From NCBI GenBank assembly GCA_031370005.1, contig JANMPT010000092.1:1-64000 (forward strand): a DNA stretch of 64,000 nt, given 5' to 3'. Each line of letters starts with the position of its first letter. Within the stretch, counting starts at the first letter, position 1. The notes under the pieces are model-generated. The model ran no database searches, was not told where the DNA came from, and was given only the letters and a program-made list of their open reading frames with translations. Shown piece after piece: positions 32,480-40,276 of this stretch. A program made the position numbers and the translations under genes. This DNA comes from Bdellovibrionales bacterium (lineage in GTDB: Bacteria; Bdellovibrionota; Bdellovibrionia; Bdellovibrionales; Bdellovibrionaceae).

Positions 32480-34021
32480 ATGGATTTAGAAAAAGCCTCT
32501 CTTGAACGACTCTTGCAACATTCTTTTCTTATGCCTTCCTTTCGCCTAGGACAACGTGAAATCATTTCTGCTGTGCTTGAAAAGAAAGATGCCCTTGCGG
32601 TTTTGCCCACCGGCGGGGGGAAGTCTCTCTGCTATCAATTTCCTGCCGTTTATACTCAGAAATTGGTAGTCGTAATTTCGCCATTAATAGCACTGATGAA
32701 GGATCAGGTGGCCTCTTTGCAAAGACAGGGAATTCCTTCAGGATGTTTGTACTCCGGCCAATCTGATATTGAAAAGAGAACGATTTTCTCTGAAATTGCT
32801 AAAGGCGGACCATACTTATTATACCTTTCCCCTGAACGAGTTCAGAAAGAGGGCTTTCAGAAGTGGGTACAAGGACGTCAAATCGCCTTATTTGCAGTTG
32901 ATGAGGCCCACTGCGTGTCTCAGTGGGGGCATGACTTTCGCGAGGAATACGGGCAATTGAAGGTTCTTAAAATGCTTCGGCCTGATGTTCCGATTCTGGC
33001 TTTGACAGCATCCGCAACTCCAACTGTGTTGAGTGATGTGGCAAAGAACTTGGGTCTTGTAAGACCTGAGCGCATGGTTCATGGATTTTATCGCTCGAAT
33101 CTTTATTACCAGGTTGAGCAGTGCGCAGATGAAGACGCGAAGTTTTTGTTGCTGAATCAGGCCATTGGCCAAACTCCACAGGGGCGCGTAATAATTTACT
33201 GTGGAACTCGTCGGATGACAGAAGATCTTTCTGTGAGACTTTCAAAAAACTTTGATAAGATTGGGTACTATCATGCGGGGCTTTCTACTGAGGAAAGAAC
33301 GGCGACTCAAGAGAGCTATACGCGCGGGGATCTGCGGATATTGGTTGCGACGAATGCTTTTGGGATGGGAATTGATCAGCCGGACGTCCGCTTGGTTGTG
33401 CACTTTCAAATGCCGGCGAATATAGATTCGCTTTATCAAGAAATGGGAAGGGCCGGTCGCGATGGCAAAGAGTCTACCTGTCTGATGTTGTATGCGAAGA
33501 AGGACAAAGGACTTCAGTCTTTCTTTATTGATAGCTCAGATGCGCCAAAGATGATCAAGAGTGCGCGTTGGAAAAATCTCGAAGCTTTAGTTAATTACTC
33601 TGAAGGTGGCGAATGCAGACACGCTGAAATTTTGACTTATTATAAAGATTCGCAGCGGCTGGAGCGTTGTGGTCACTGTGATAGCTGTGATCCAAAGTCG
33701 GAGCGTCGCATACAGAAGCCTGCAAAACCGCTTGTTATTAAGCTGGTCAAATCCAAAACTAGGCGCATGAAGCCAGGTCACGATGATGTTGCTTTAGACA
33801 TGCTTCAGGAGATTCGCTTTGAAGTTCTGCGCAAATGGAGAAAGCAAAAAGCACAGGAGCTCGATGTACCAGCTTTCGTAGTTTTTAGCGATCAAACCTT
33901 GAAGCAATTGGCGATTAAAAATCCGCAAAATATGGCGGAACTTGAGAACATCTACGGTATAGGCGAAGCTAAGTTGGAGAAGTTCGGGCGAGGTTTGCTT
34001 TTGGAACTAGCGGCTCGCTAA
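32480..34021 (+). CDS. recQ: RecQ-family DNA helicase with HRDC domain
   Basis: PTGGGKSLCYQ, DEAHCVSQWGHDFR, QEMGRAGRDG, C..CGHCDSC, VPAFVVFSD (HRDC). Confidence 0.93.
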   Translation: MDLEKASLERLLQHSFLMPSFRLGQREIISAVLEKKDALAVLPTGGGKSLCYQFPAVYTQKLVVVISPLIALMKDQVASLQRQGIPSGCLYSGQSDIEKRTIFSEIAKGGPYLLYLSPERVQKEGFQKWVQGRQIALFAVDEAHCVSQWGHDFREEYGQLKVLKMLRPDVPILALTASATPTVLSDVAKNLGLVRPERMVHGFYRSNLYYQVEQCADEDAKFLLLNQAIGQTPQGRVIIYCGTRRMTEDLSVRLSKNFDKIGYYHAGLSTEERTATQESYTRGDLRILVATNAFGMGIDQPDVRLVVHFQMPANIDSLYQEMGRAGRDGKESTCLMLYAKKDKGLQSFFIDSSDAPKMIKSARWKNLEALVNYSEGGECRHAEILTYYKDSQRLERCGHCDSCDPKSERRIQKPAKPLVIKLVKSKTRRMKPGHDDVALDMLQEIRFEVLRKWRKQKAQELDVPAFVVFSDQTLKQLAIKNPQNMAELENIYGIGEAKLEKFGRGLLLELAAR

Positions 34022-34773
34022 AGTTTTTGTAGTCGCTCCAGGACCCAGTCTGGGTCGTCTAAGGGTAAGTCGTGACCGGCCCATGGATGAATATATATTG
34101 GACAGTCCCAGCTCCTTGACAGTTGTTTAGAGCATGCAGCACTCACTAAATGATCATTTTCAGAGGCCAAAATTGTGGTTGGTGCTGGTGCCTTTGCCGG
34201 AAAGACATAAGAACTAGCGGCCAACAACTGCCGGAAGAAGTTTTGGATTCCAATTGGATGTGCAACCGACTCCTCAACCCAAATCGGCAGTGCAAACTCC
34301 CTACGCTCAGAAGAGTTCGCGGTCATTTTAAGAATTTCATGCTCCATATCTTTAATAGTATAAAGACTTTTAAAGCCTAAAAAGAGCTTTGCCATTTTTA
34401 AATAGTTTTCAGGTCGTAGGCGCTCATAAAACCTCGAGTGCATTGCCGAACTCGAATTAATTAAAACTAGGTTTTTGATTTCAGCAGGGTAGTGCTCCGC
34501 CCAAGCTGTAGCGGCCATGCCGCCTAAAGAGATAGCAAGGACATGCGCACTTTTTCCTTGCTGGATGAACTGGCTCTGTTTGCGGAAGGACTCCACCATT
34601 TGCATCATGTTGGTGGGACTTTTTTCTTTATAAAGAGTTCCATTTCCAGGGATTTCTAACAACTCTAGGCTATCGTCAGGAAAGGCTTTCTTGAACCTCT
34701 CCGGAAAATCACTCCAATGCCCAACGCCGCGAACTAGCCCACGAATGAGTATCCAATTTTTTTGCATGTCCAA
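34018..34773 (-). CDS. alpha/beta hydrolase
   Basis: AISLGG nucleophile elbow, DHLV, GHDLPLDD. Confidence 0.88.
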   Translation of the reverse strand: MDMQKNWILIRGLVRGVGHWSDFPERFKKAFPDDSLELLEIPGNGTLYKEKSPTNMMQMVESFRKQSQFIQQGKSAHVLAISLGGMAATAWAEHYPAEIKNLVLINSSSAMHSRFYERLRPENYLKMAKLFLGFKSLYTIKDMEHEILKMTANSSERREFALPIWVEESVAHPIGIQNFFRQLLAASSYVFPAKAPAPTTILASENDHLVSAACSKQLSRSWDCPIYIHPWAGHDLPLDDPDWVLERLQKL

Positions 34774-34930
34774 TTTTTAAATACTCGTGATAACTAGTCA
34801 AAAAAAAAGCTGATTTACAGCCTCAACTCTATTGGAAAACCCTAGGCGCGTAGGCACCTCGTGTTACGTAACGGAAGGAGTTGCTAAATATATGATTTTT
34901 GATAGGTTCAGAAGGATTTTATACTAAGGG

Positions 34931-35007
34931 GGGGGGCTAGCTTAGTTGGTTAAAGCAGCCGGCTCATAACCGGCGGATCGGGGGTTCGATTCCCTCGCCC
35001 CCTACCA
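34931..35007 (+). tRNA. tRNA with CAT anticodon (non-initiator: Ile2 or elongator Met)
   Basis: Cloverleaf: GGGGGGC/GCCCCCT acceptor, GCTT/AAGC D stem, GCCGG-CTCATAA-CCGGC anticodon arm, TTCGATT T loop, encoded CCA. Confidence 0.95.
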
Positions 35008-35010
35008 AAT
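35001..35010 (+). repeat. attL-like direct repeat (tRNA 3' end)
   Basis: CCTACCAAAT. Confidence 0.65.
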
Positions 35011-35052
35011 TCCGGTCAAGGAAATTGGTTTTTCAGAAAATCTCAAGTCAAA

Positions 35053-35364
35053 TTAAGACAATCCATAGCAGCGATACCTGCATCTTTTAGCCCCCCAAGT
35101 GCCGTTTGAATATTCCTGTGGACGAATTTCGAGGATGAGCCTTTCTGGCCGCAAGGTTTCTATCACCGAGCGCAGTTGCCAGTATGGATAAGTTGAGTCA
35201 TGATTGAAATGGCGACCGTGAACCGGTCCAAGTAGATAAACCACTTGGTTCGAATTGGTCTTCGTCAGTCGGACGAAATGGGATTTTTTCGCAGCTTCCG
35301 GAAAAAAGCGAAATTGGAAAGTTGAATAAAACTCTTCCACCGGCAATACAAATACGGCCATCAA
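35053..35364 (-). pseudogene. truncated fragment, possibly TIKI/TraB-like metalloprotein
   Basis: VYLLGPVHG...LRPERLILEIRP resembles the TIKI/TraB N-terminus; ends 43 nt from attL. Confidence 0.4.
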
Positions 35365-35718
35365 AGCCTAAATGATACAAATACCAGCTATCCACATCGA
35401 TTTTTTCCTCATAAAAAATGCTAACAAATGACAAGGTGTCGGTCACTAAAGGAAACCTTTTGAAGCCCTTAAATCAGCAAAGGTATCAAACGAATTTTTA
35501 TTCCCCTGAAAGCTTTTTACCAGGCAAATCTTACCTGTCAAAAACTTTGTCAGCTAGGATCACTCGATATCCTTTGGAGACAGGCTAAAACTGATGCCGG
35601 ATCGAAAAGTGGAGCTTAAAAAGCAGCCCATATCCGACCAAAAACGCGCTCATTCTATGATCGAGCTTGATATATTTTCTGTAACACCACTTTTCTTCAA
35701 AACAAGGGGTTAAATAGC

Positions 35719-36060
35719 CTATTTTTTGGCGGCGTTTTTATCGTTTGTAAAATAAATTTTTGCAACCCCACCCGAATCATATCTCATAACCTCAGTACAT
35801 CGGCCCTGACTTGTTAGTTCTTTCATTTTCTTATCGGCATTAGCAGGTTCTACTGAATCTACAGAGCAAACTAGATTAGAAGAATATTTCTTACAAAGTG
35901 CTTGAAACTTCTTATCAAATTCATCGTACTGTTTTTTAGAGAAGGCAGTAAGCATTTCGCCTCGCTCTTGAAGTTTTGAATTATTAAAACAGTTCTCAGC
36001 ATTAGCATTTGCCATTGAAACGCCGCCCAACATCAAAGTGCAAAACAGTATTTTCGTCAT
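35719..36060 (-). CDS. small secreted Cys-containing protein
   Basis: Signal peptide MTKILFCTLMLGGVSMANA; AAGGA RBS; 4 Cys in the mature part. Confidence 0.7.
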   Translation of the reverse strand: MTKILFCTLMLGGVSMANANAENCFNNSKLQERGEMLTAFSKKQYDEFDKKFQALCKKYSSNLVCSVDSVEPANADKKMKELTSQGRCTEVMRYDSGGVAKIYFTNDKNAAKK

Positions 36061-36307
36061 TAATGTTTCCTTATGAGTAATCAAAATCTAATACATTCAA
36101 AAAAATTGGATCATGAACGGATGGGAAGTTCAATATCCAAATCTTATTCAGCCTAAAAACGAATACAATCGTACTGGGTACTTGAGTAATCGCCTTCTCG
36201 CCAAACGTGGCTTAAAACGCAGGCGCCTGGTACGGAATGCAGACATTGAAAGCAGCGGCCTCCGTAGGGACCATCAAGGCGAGACCCTTCGGGTGCAAAA
36301 GCCTCGA

Positions 36308-36754
36308 TTAGAGGCCGTGCTCTTCAATAAAGCCCTCAAGATCCGATCTCCAGTAATACGTGGACCCACTATCGAAAGAAATCAGGTCTTCGTCAGACAT
36401 TTGGGATTCCCACTCAGATTAAGCGCAGCTCCAGGAGACCGGGTCCATTTCTTTCATGACGGATACAGCGTCTAAAGTCATCCAGCCGACCGTAATTTCG
36501 TCGGGGTAAGATTCCCGCACAAAACTCTCAAACGCCTCGTCAAGGTCAACAGCCTCAAGACTTTCTTGAAGAAGTTCTTTGATAACCCAGTCAGTGCCAT
36601 ATTCACAGCCGGAGCCTCGTAACATGAGCATTAAATCATCGGAGCCACAAGTTTGGCATCAGCCAGTGGCGGCTTCTTTGTAGCATCCGTAGCAGAAAGG
36701 AATTGTTTTAGCGAATGCGATTTTTTTAAGCTGTTCTTTAATTTCTGTAATCAT
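36308..36754 (-). pseudogene. zinc-finger protein gene interrupted by two in-frame stops
   Basis: Single frame MITEIKEQL...FCYGCYKEAATG*CQTCGSDDL...DPVSWSCA*SEWESQ...EEHGL; stops at 36659-61 and 36419-21; GGAG RBS. Confidence 0.75.
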
Positions 36755-36760
36755 AATATT

Positions 36761-36980
36761 CTCCATTTTTTGTTTCAATTTTTTTCTTTGTTCGAAAATC
36801 CCTTTGAAAGAAGTCAGGGATTTGAGAGAAAAAAAAGTGAGTGAAGAAAAGCCCTCCCGCGAGCTGCCCGTTATTACGGGGCAAAGGCTCATGACAAATT
36901 CATTTGGCGGGAGCTTATGCAAAGCTCTCGGGGAAAAAGGGATTTTTGGAGTGAGCGATGAATAAAACAAAAAACTAGAG
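36761..36980. other. nested inverted-repeat structure (possible ssDNA promoter/origin or structured leader)
   Basis: TTTTTTGTTT(36766-75)/AAACAAAAAA(36965-74); AAAATCCCTTT(36795-805)/AAAGGGATTTT(36936-46); CTCCCGC(36854-60)/GCGGGAG(36907-13); inner hairpins. Confidence 0.55.
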
Positions 36981-37028
36981 ACGACCTGGAAATTACCAAG
37001 GCCTTAAAAATACTGAGGCAAAAAACAC

Positions 37029-37445
37029 TTAAATATCGAAGAGAGAATCAAACGGGACAAGCTCGCTCATTTTTTTAACGACTTCTTTTGCTATTTTCAT
37101 GGACTCTTCGACCTCAGCTTTTTCAAGCTCCCTAGTGACCGAGTCGGGATAACGGAACTGAACGGCATAGGGAGTAAGATCCCGAGCCTTCATGAGAAGC
37201 TCGTGGAGCCCTGGGTGAAGATTTTCAACTTCCTTCACCAAAATGTCGATGGTGTGAATTTTTGTAAACGAAAACTTCTGATACGTGAGGTAGCCCTTGA
37301 TGGCCTTTTCACTGGCTTGTTGGGAGTGAAAGGTAATAGCTCGCCAAGTGTGTTCATTGTTTATTTCCCAAAGGGCGCGTGTAGCAATGAGATCTTCTTG
37401 CGCAAAACGAAACCACTCTCGGACCATTTTTCCAGGTTTAGACAA
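37029..37445 (-). CDS. HEPN domain protein (COG2250-like)
   Basis: WFRFAQEDL, FHSQQASEKAIKG, IHTI, LTPYAVQFRYP; TTG start overlaps the MNT stop. Confidence 0.9.
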   Translation of the reverse strand: MSKPGKMVREWFRFAQEDLIATRALWEINNEHTWRAITFHSQQASEKAIKGYLTYQKFSFTKIHTIDILVKEVENLHPGLHELLMKARDLTPYAVQFRYPDSVTRELEKAEVEESMKIAKEVVKKMSELVPFDSLFDI

Positions 37446-37764
37446 TTGGCAACTCCACACCTTCGCTGGCCACAATACAAGCTATGGAATTAAGTTCATC
37501 TTTCCACGCATTAAATTCGGCCTCGGTATAAACGAAGATATCAGCAGAAATACCACTTCCCCAAAGAATACGATTCGCCTCTTGCATCCTTTGAATGGGA
37601 CTCTTATTAGAATCTTTCACAATAATAAAAAGATCGTAGTCGCTTTCAGGTCTGGCGGTCCCTTTTGCGCGAGAGCCGAAAAGATATATTTTTGTCGGTT
37701 TAAAATGATCTGCCATTTTTTTCATAAGCAGATCAAACTTGGAGTCATGGATTTGTATTTCCAT
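37438..37764 (-). CDS. minimal nucleotidyltransferase (MNT) antitoxin-like protein
   Basis: IYLFGSRAKGTARPESDYDLFII (GS-x10-DxD). Confidence 0.9.
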   Translation of the reverse strand: MEIQIHDSKFDLLMKKMADHFKPTKIYLFGSRAKGTARPESDYDLFIIVKDSNKSPIQRMQEANRILWGSGISADIFVYTEAEFNAWKDELNSIACIVASEGVELPIV

Positions 37765-38448
37765 TTAAGCCGCCTCCGGAAAAATATTCGGAGTCAATTC
37801 TTTGGCGACTTTTCCCGCTTCTAATTTTTCTTTTTCAAGAAGGGCTTGTTTCGCAAGCTCTTCTTTTTTGACAGCCAATTTTTCTTGGTGAACACTTCCG
37901 TGTGAACATTTTGCGATGACCGAAATCGCGCGATAGGTGAGTTCACTTTTTAAGAGCTTTCTAATTAAATCTGAATCCCTCATCTTTTTTCTGCCAATGA
38001 GGTTGCCTTTTGCCCGCGCATTAGCCAGACCGTTGCGAACTCTTTCTGCGATCAAATCACGCTCTAGGGTTGCAATCGCTGAGATAATAACGAAGATCGC
38101 TTTTCCAATAGGACTACTGGTGTCAACCTTCTCCGTGAGCGACACAAAATTTGTATTATGCTTTTTCATATCCTCAAGACCCGCAAGCATATGGGTGGTG
38201 CTTCTTGCAAACCTTGAAAAAGAATAAACGACCACGCACTCCGCGTCATCATTACGAACGGCTGCCATCATGCGATCAAGAGCAGGACGTGACGCTTTTG
38301 TTCCACTTTGGTTTTCATCAGTAAAAAGTTCAAAGTTTTCAATGCCATTCAAACGACAATAATCATTCAATGCACGGACCTGAGACTCAAGGCCCGCAGC
38401 TTGTTGATCGGTACTAACTCTGGCGTATAGACAAACTTTTTTATTCAT
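37765..38448 (-). CDS. serine recombinase (resolvase/invertase family)
   Basis: YARVSTDQQ catalytic Ser, SGTKASRPAL, SRFARS, ERDLIAERVRNG, C-terminal HTH. Confidence 0.94.
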   Translation of the reverse strand: MNKKVCLYARVSTDQQAAGLESQVRALNDYCRLNGIENFELFTDENQSGTKASRPALDRMMAAVRNDDAECVVVYSFSRFARSTTHMLAGLEDMKKHNTNFVSLTEKVDTSSPIGKAIFVIISAIATLERDLIAERVRNGLANARAKGNLIGRKKMRDSDLIRKLLKSELTYRAISVIAKCSHGSVHQEKLAVKKEELAKQALLEKEKLEAGKVAKELTPNIFPEAA

Positions 38449-38460
38449 AATGCACCTCCG

Positions 38461-38489
38461 AATATAGGGTTAATTTTTTATTTTTTCAA
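38461..38489 (-). promoter_or_regulatory. sigma70-like promoter of the resolvase-MNT-HEPN operon
   Basis: TTGAAA-N17-TATATT. Confidence 0.45.
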
Positions 38490-38703
38490 TTTGAATGGAC
38501 TTTGACGGCTTATCGACGCACCTCCTTTGACTCGTTATGGGTTTTATTGTGTTTAGGCTCATTTTCTGGCCAAAAACGGGGACTGCCCCAGGCTGACGCG
38601 CGGGATTCCCAAAGGACTTTACTTGTCGCCACCTGAACCCAGTGGTTGAGGCGGTCCAAGTTTCCGGCCATGGCAAAGCTTGAGATTTTATCGAAATTCA
38701 TAA

Positions 38704-39153
38704 TCAGCTCCTCTCTATAACGATGGTTTTCTTTTCAAGACGTTCGATAATGTTTAAGATGACGTTTCGCGACCAAGCTTTCTGACTCCGGGATTTAATC
38801 TTTTTGCTGTTCAAGTGATGAGAAATAGCCGTAGCGGACTGTCCAAGTTGCCACTGGCGATGGATGATAAGTAAGGTTGGATACTCTCTGGCATCCTTTT
38901 CAAGCTGACCACCCATGTAAGTAAAACCGTAGGGCGGTGGCGTTGAGCTTTTAAATTTCTGCCGGAAGACCACCGCTGGACTGACACTTTTGTTGGGCCT
39001 CAGTTGCACATTGTGCTTTTTGAGTTCGTCATTGAGTGTCGAACATGGGATTCCCGCTATCGCTGAAATTTCATTTAAAGAGTGGCCATGGCTATAAAGT
39101 GGGCTATGATCGAGAAAATGCGATGTTTGGAATTTTGAAAAAGCCCAATGAAA
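38704..39153 (-). pseudogene. HTH + recombinase-domain (large serine recombinase DNA-binding domain-like) gene with a frameshifted 5' end
   Basis: PPYGF...GQSATAISHHLNSKKIKSRSQKAWSRNVILNII. The frame stays open upstream through an HTH (PLYSHGHSLNEISAIAGIPCSTLNDELKK) but has no start codon before GTG 39009. Confidence 0.65.
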
Positions 39154-39191
39154 TCATGGCCAGCCGAATTATTGCAGGTTCCTGAACGCGG

Positions 39192-39201
39192 CCTACCAAA
39201 T
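39192..39201 (+). repeat. attR-like direct repeat of the tRNA 3' end
   Basis: CCTACCAAAT; CGCggCCTACCAAAT vs tRNA CGCccCCTACCAAAT (13/15). Confidence 0.6.
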
Positions 39202-39244
39202 CGATTGGTATTAAACCTTGATAATAAGCTTATTTACAGGCCGA

Positions 39245-39664
39245 TCACTTCTTTTTTTTATTTCTTTTAGGTTTTTGAAGCCTTGGTTTCGGAACAACAC
39301 CAAATCGTTCGTCGTCTTTAGTAATGAGATGAGCAACCTTTTCAGCGACTTCTTCAAAATCACTTGTAGTCATAGGTAAATAAAGCCATTTAGAAAGTAC
39401 TGGATGATTTATCAAGCTTGGAAATTCTTTTATGAGGGCCGAATGGAATTCCCGTTCAGTTGGAATCAATATCCCATTCCAGATATCAAATGAATAGGTT
39501 TTGCCTCTCCACAGTCTGTCCCCAGGGCTTTCGCAGAGGACCATGACTATTCGACCATGAACATAAGCGGATAGGCCGCCAAACATTTTCTTCGAGATAA
39601 ATGAAGGATCATCTTGAAAAGCTTCAAACGCCCATGAGAGGGAAAACTTTTTATTCAGTTTCAT
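39245..39664 (-). CDS. TfoX-N/YjbR-like protein
   Basis: KKMFGGLSAYVHG motif; HPVLSKWLYLP. Confidence 0.6.
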   Translation of the reverse strand: MKLNKKFSLSWAFEAFQDDPSFISKKMFGGLSAYVHGRIVMVLCESPGDRLWRGKTYSFDIWNGILIPTEREFHSALIKEFPSLINHPVLSKWLYLPMTTSDFEEVAEKVAHLITKDDERFGVVPKPRLQKPKRNKKKK

Positions 39665-39674
39665 AGATTCACTA

Positions 39675-40247
39675 CTATCGACACTTGTGATGCCGGAAAC
39701 AATCAACCGTATGATCATTTACCATGCCGACAGCCTGCATATAGGCATATATCACTGTCGACCCTATAAATTTAAAGCCTCGCATTTTAAGATCCTTGCT
39801 AAAAATGTCTGACTCATGTGTTGTTGCTGGAATCTGTCTGTGGGATTTCCAACTATTGATTTTCGGTTTGTCATCTACGAACTGCCAGCAATAAGAGTCA
39901 AAACTGCCAAACTCCTGCTGGATTTTTATAAATTGCTTAGCGTTGCTGACTGTTGATTCAATTTTAAGTCTGTTCCGTATAATGCCAGCATTGAGCATGA
40001 GCTTTTCAATTTTTTTTGAATTATATTTTGCAATCTTTTGCGGATCGAAATCACTAAATGCCTTCAGATAGCCTTCGCGCTTTTTTAAGACAGTGGACCA
40101 GCTCAGTCCAGCCTGTGCCCCCTCTAAGATAAGAAACTCAAAGTGCTTTTTATCGTCGTGAACGGGAACACCCCATTCAGTGTCGTGATAGGCAATCATC
40201 AGCTGATCTGATCCGGCCCAAAGGCATCTTTTTTTGGATTTTGTCAT
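39675..40247 (-). CDS. tag: DNA-3-methyladenine glycosylase I
   Basis: RCLWA, YHDTEWG, LEGAQAGLSW, IIRNRLKI, MQAVGMVNDH..C. Confidence 0.96.
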   Translation of the reverse strand: MTKSKKRCLWAGSDQLMIAYHDTEWGVPVHDDKKHFEFLILEGAQAGLSWSTVLKKREGYLKAFSDFDPQKIAKYNSKKIEKLMLNAGIIRNRLKIESTVSNAKQFIKIQQEFGSFDSYCWQFVDDKPKINSWKSHRQIPATTHESDIFSKDLKMRGFKFIGSTVIYAYMQAVGMVNDHTVDCFRHHKCR

Positions 40248-40276
40248 GTCTTACTCCTTACCATCTATGCGCTTCG

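Larger units (their letters stand above)
35001..39201. mobile_element. tRNA-anchored integrative element or remnant (~4.2 kb)
   Basis: Direct repeat CCTACCAAAT at 35001-35010 (tRNA 3' end) and 39192-39201; contains serine recombinase, recombinase-domain ORF, MNT-HEPN pair and pseudogenes. Confidence 0.7.

Noticed and set aside
32017..32610. 197-aa minus-strand ORF
   Set aside because: Antisense across rpoD, its terminator and the recQ start.
34863..34872. Palindrome GTTACGTAAC upstream of the tRNA
   Set aside because: A single 10-bp palindrome is expected by chance in 64 kb.
36113..36475. 120-aa plus-strand ORF in the island
   Set aside because: Partly antisense to the zinc-finger pseudogene; no motif.
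36419..36661. Stop-codon reassignment or selenocysteine as explanation of the in-frame stops
   Set aside because: The two stops differ (TGA and TAA), both are used as normal stops throughout the window, and TGA is not at a Cys position.
38470..38701. Two short overlapping minus-strand ORFs between the recombinase genes
   Set aside because: No recognisable features; cannot choose between them or exclude a non-coding res site.
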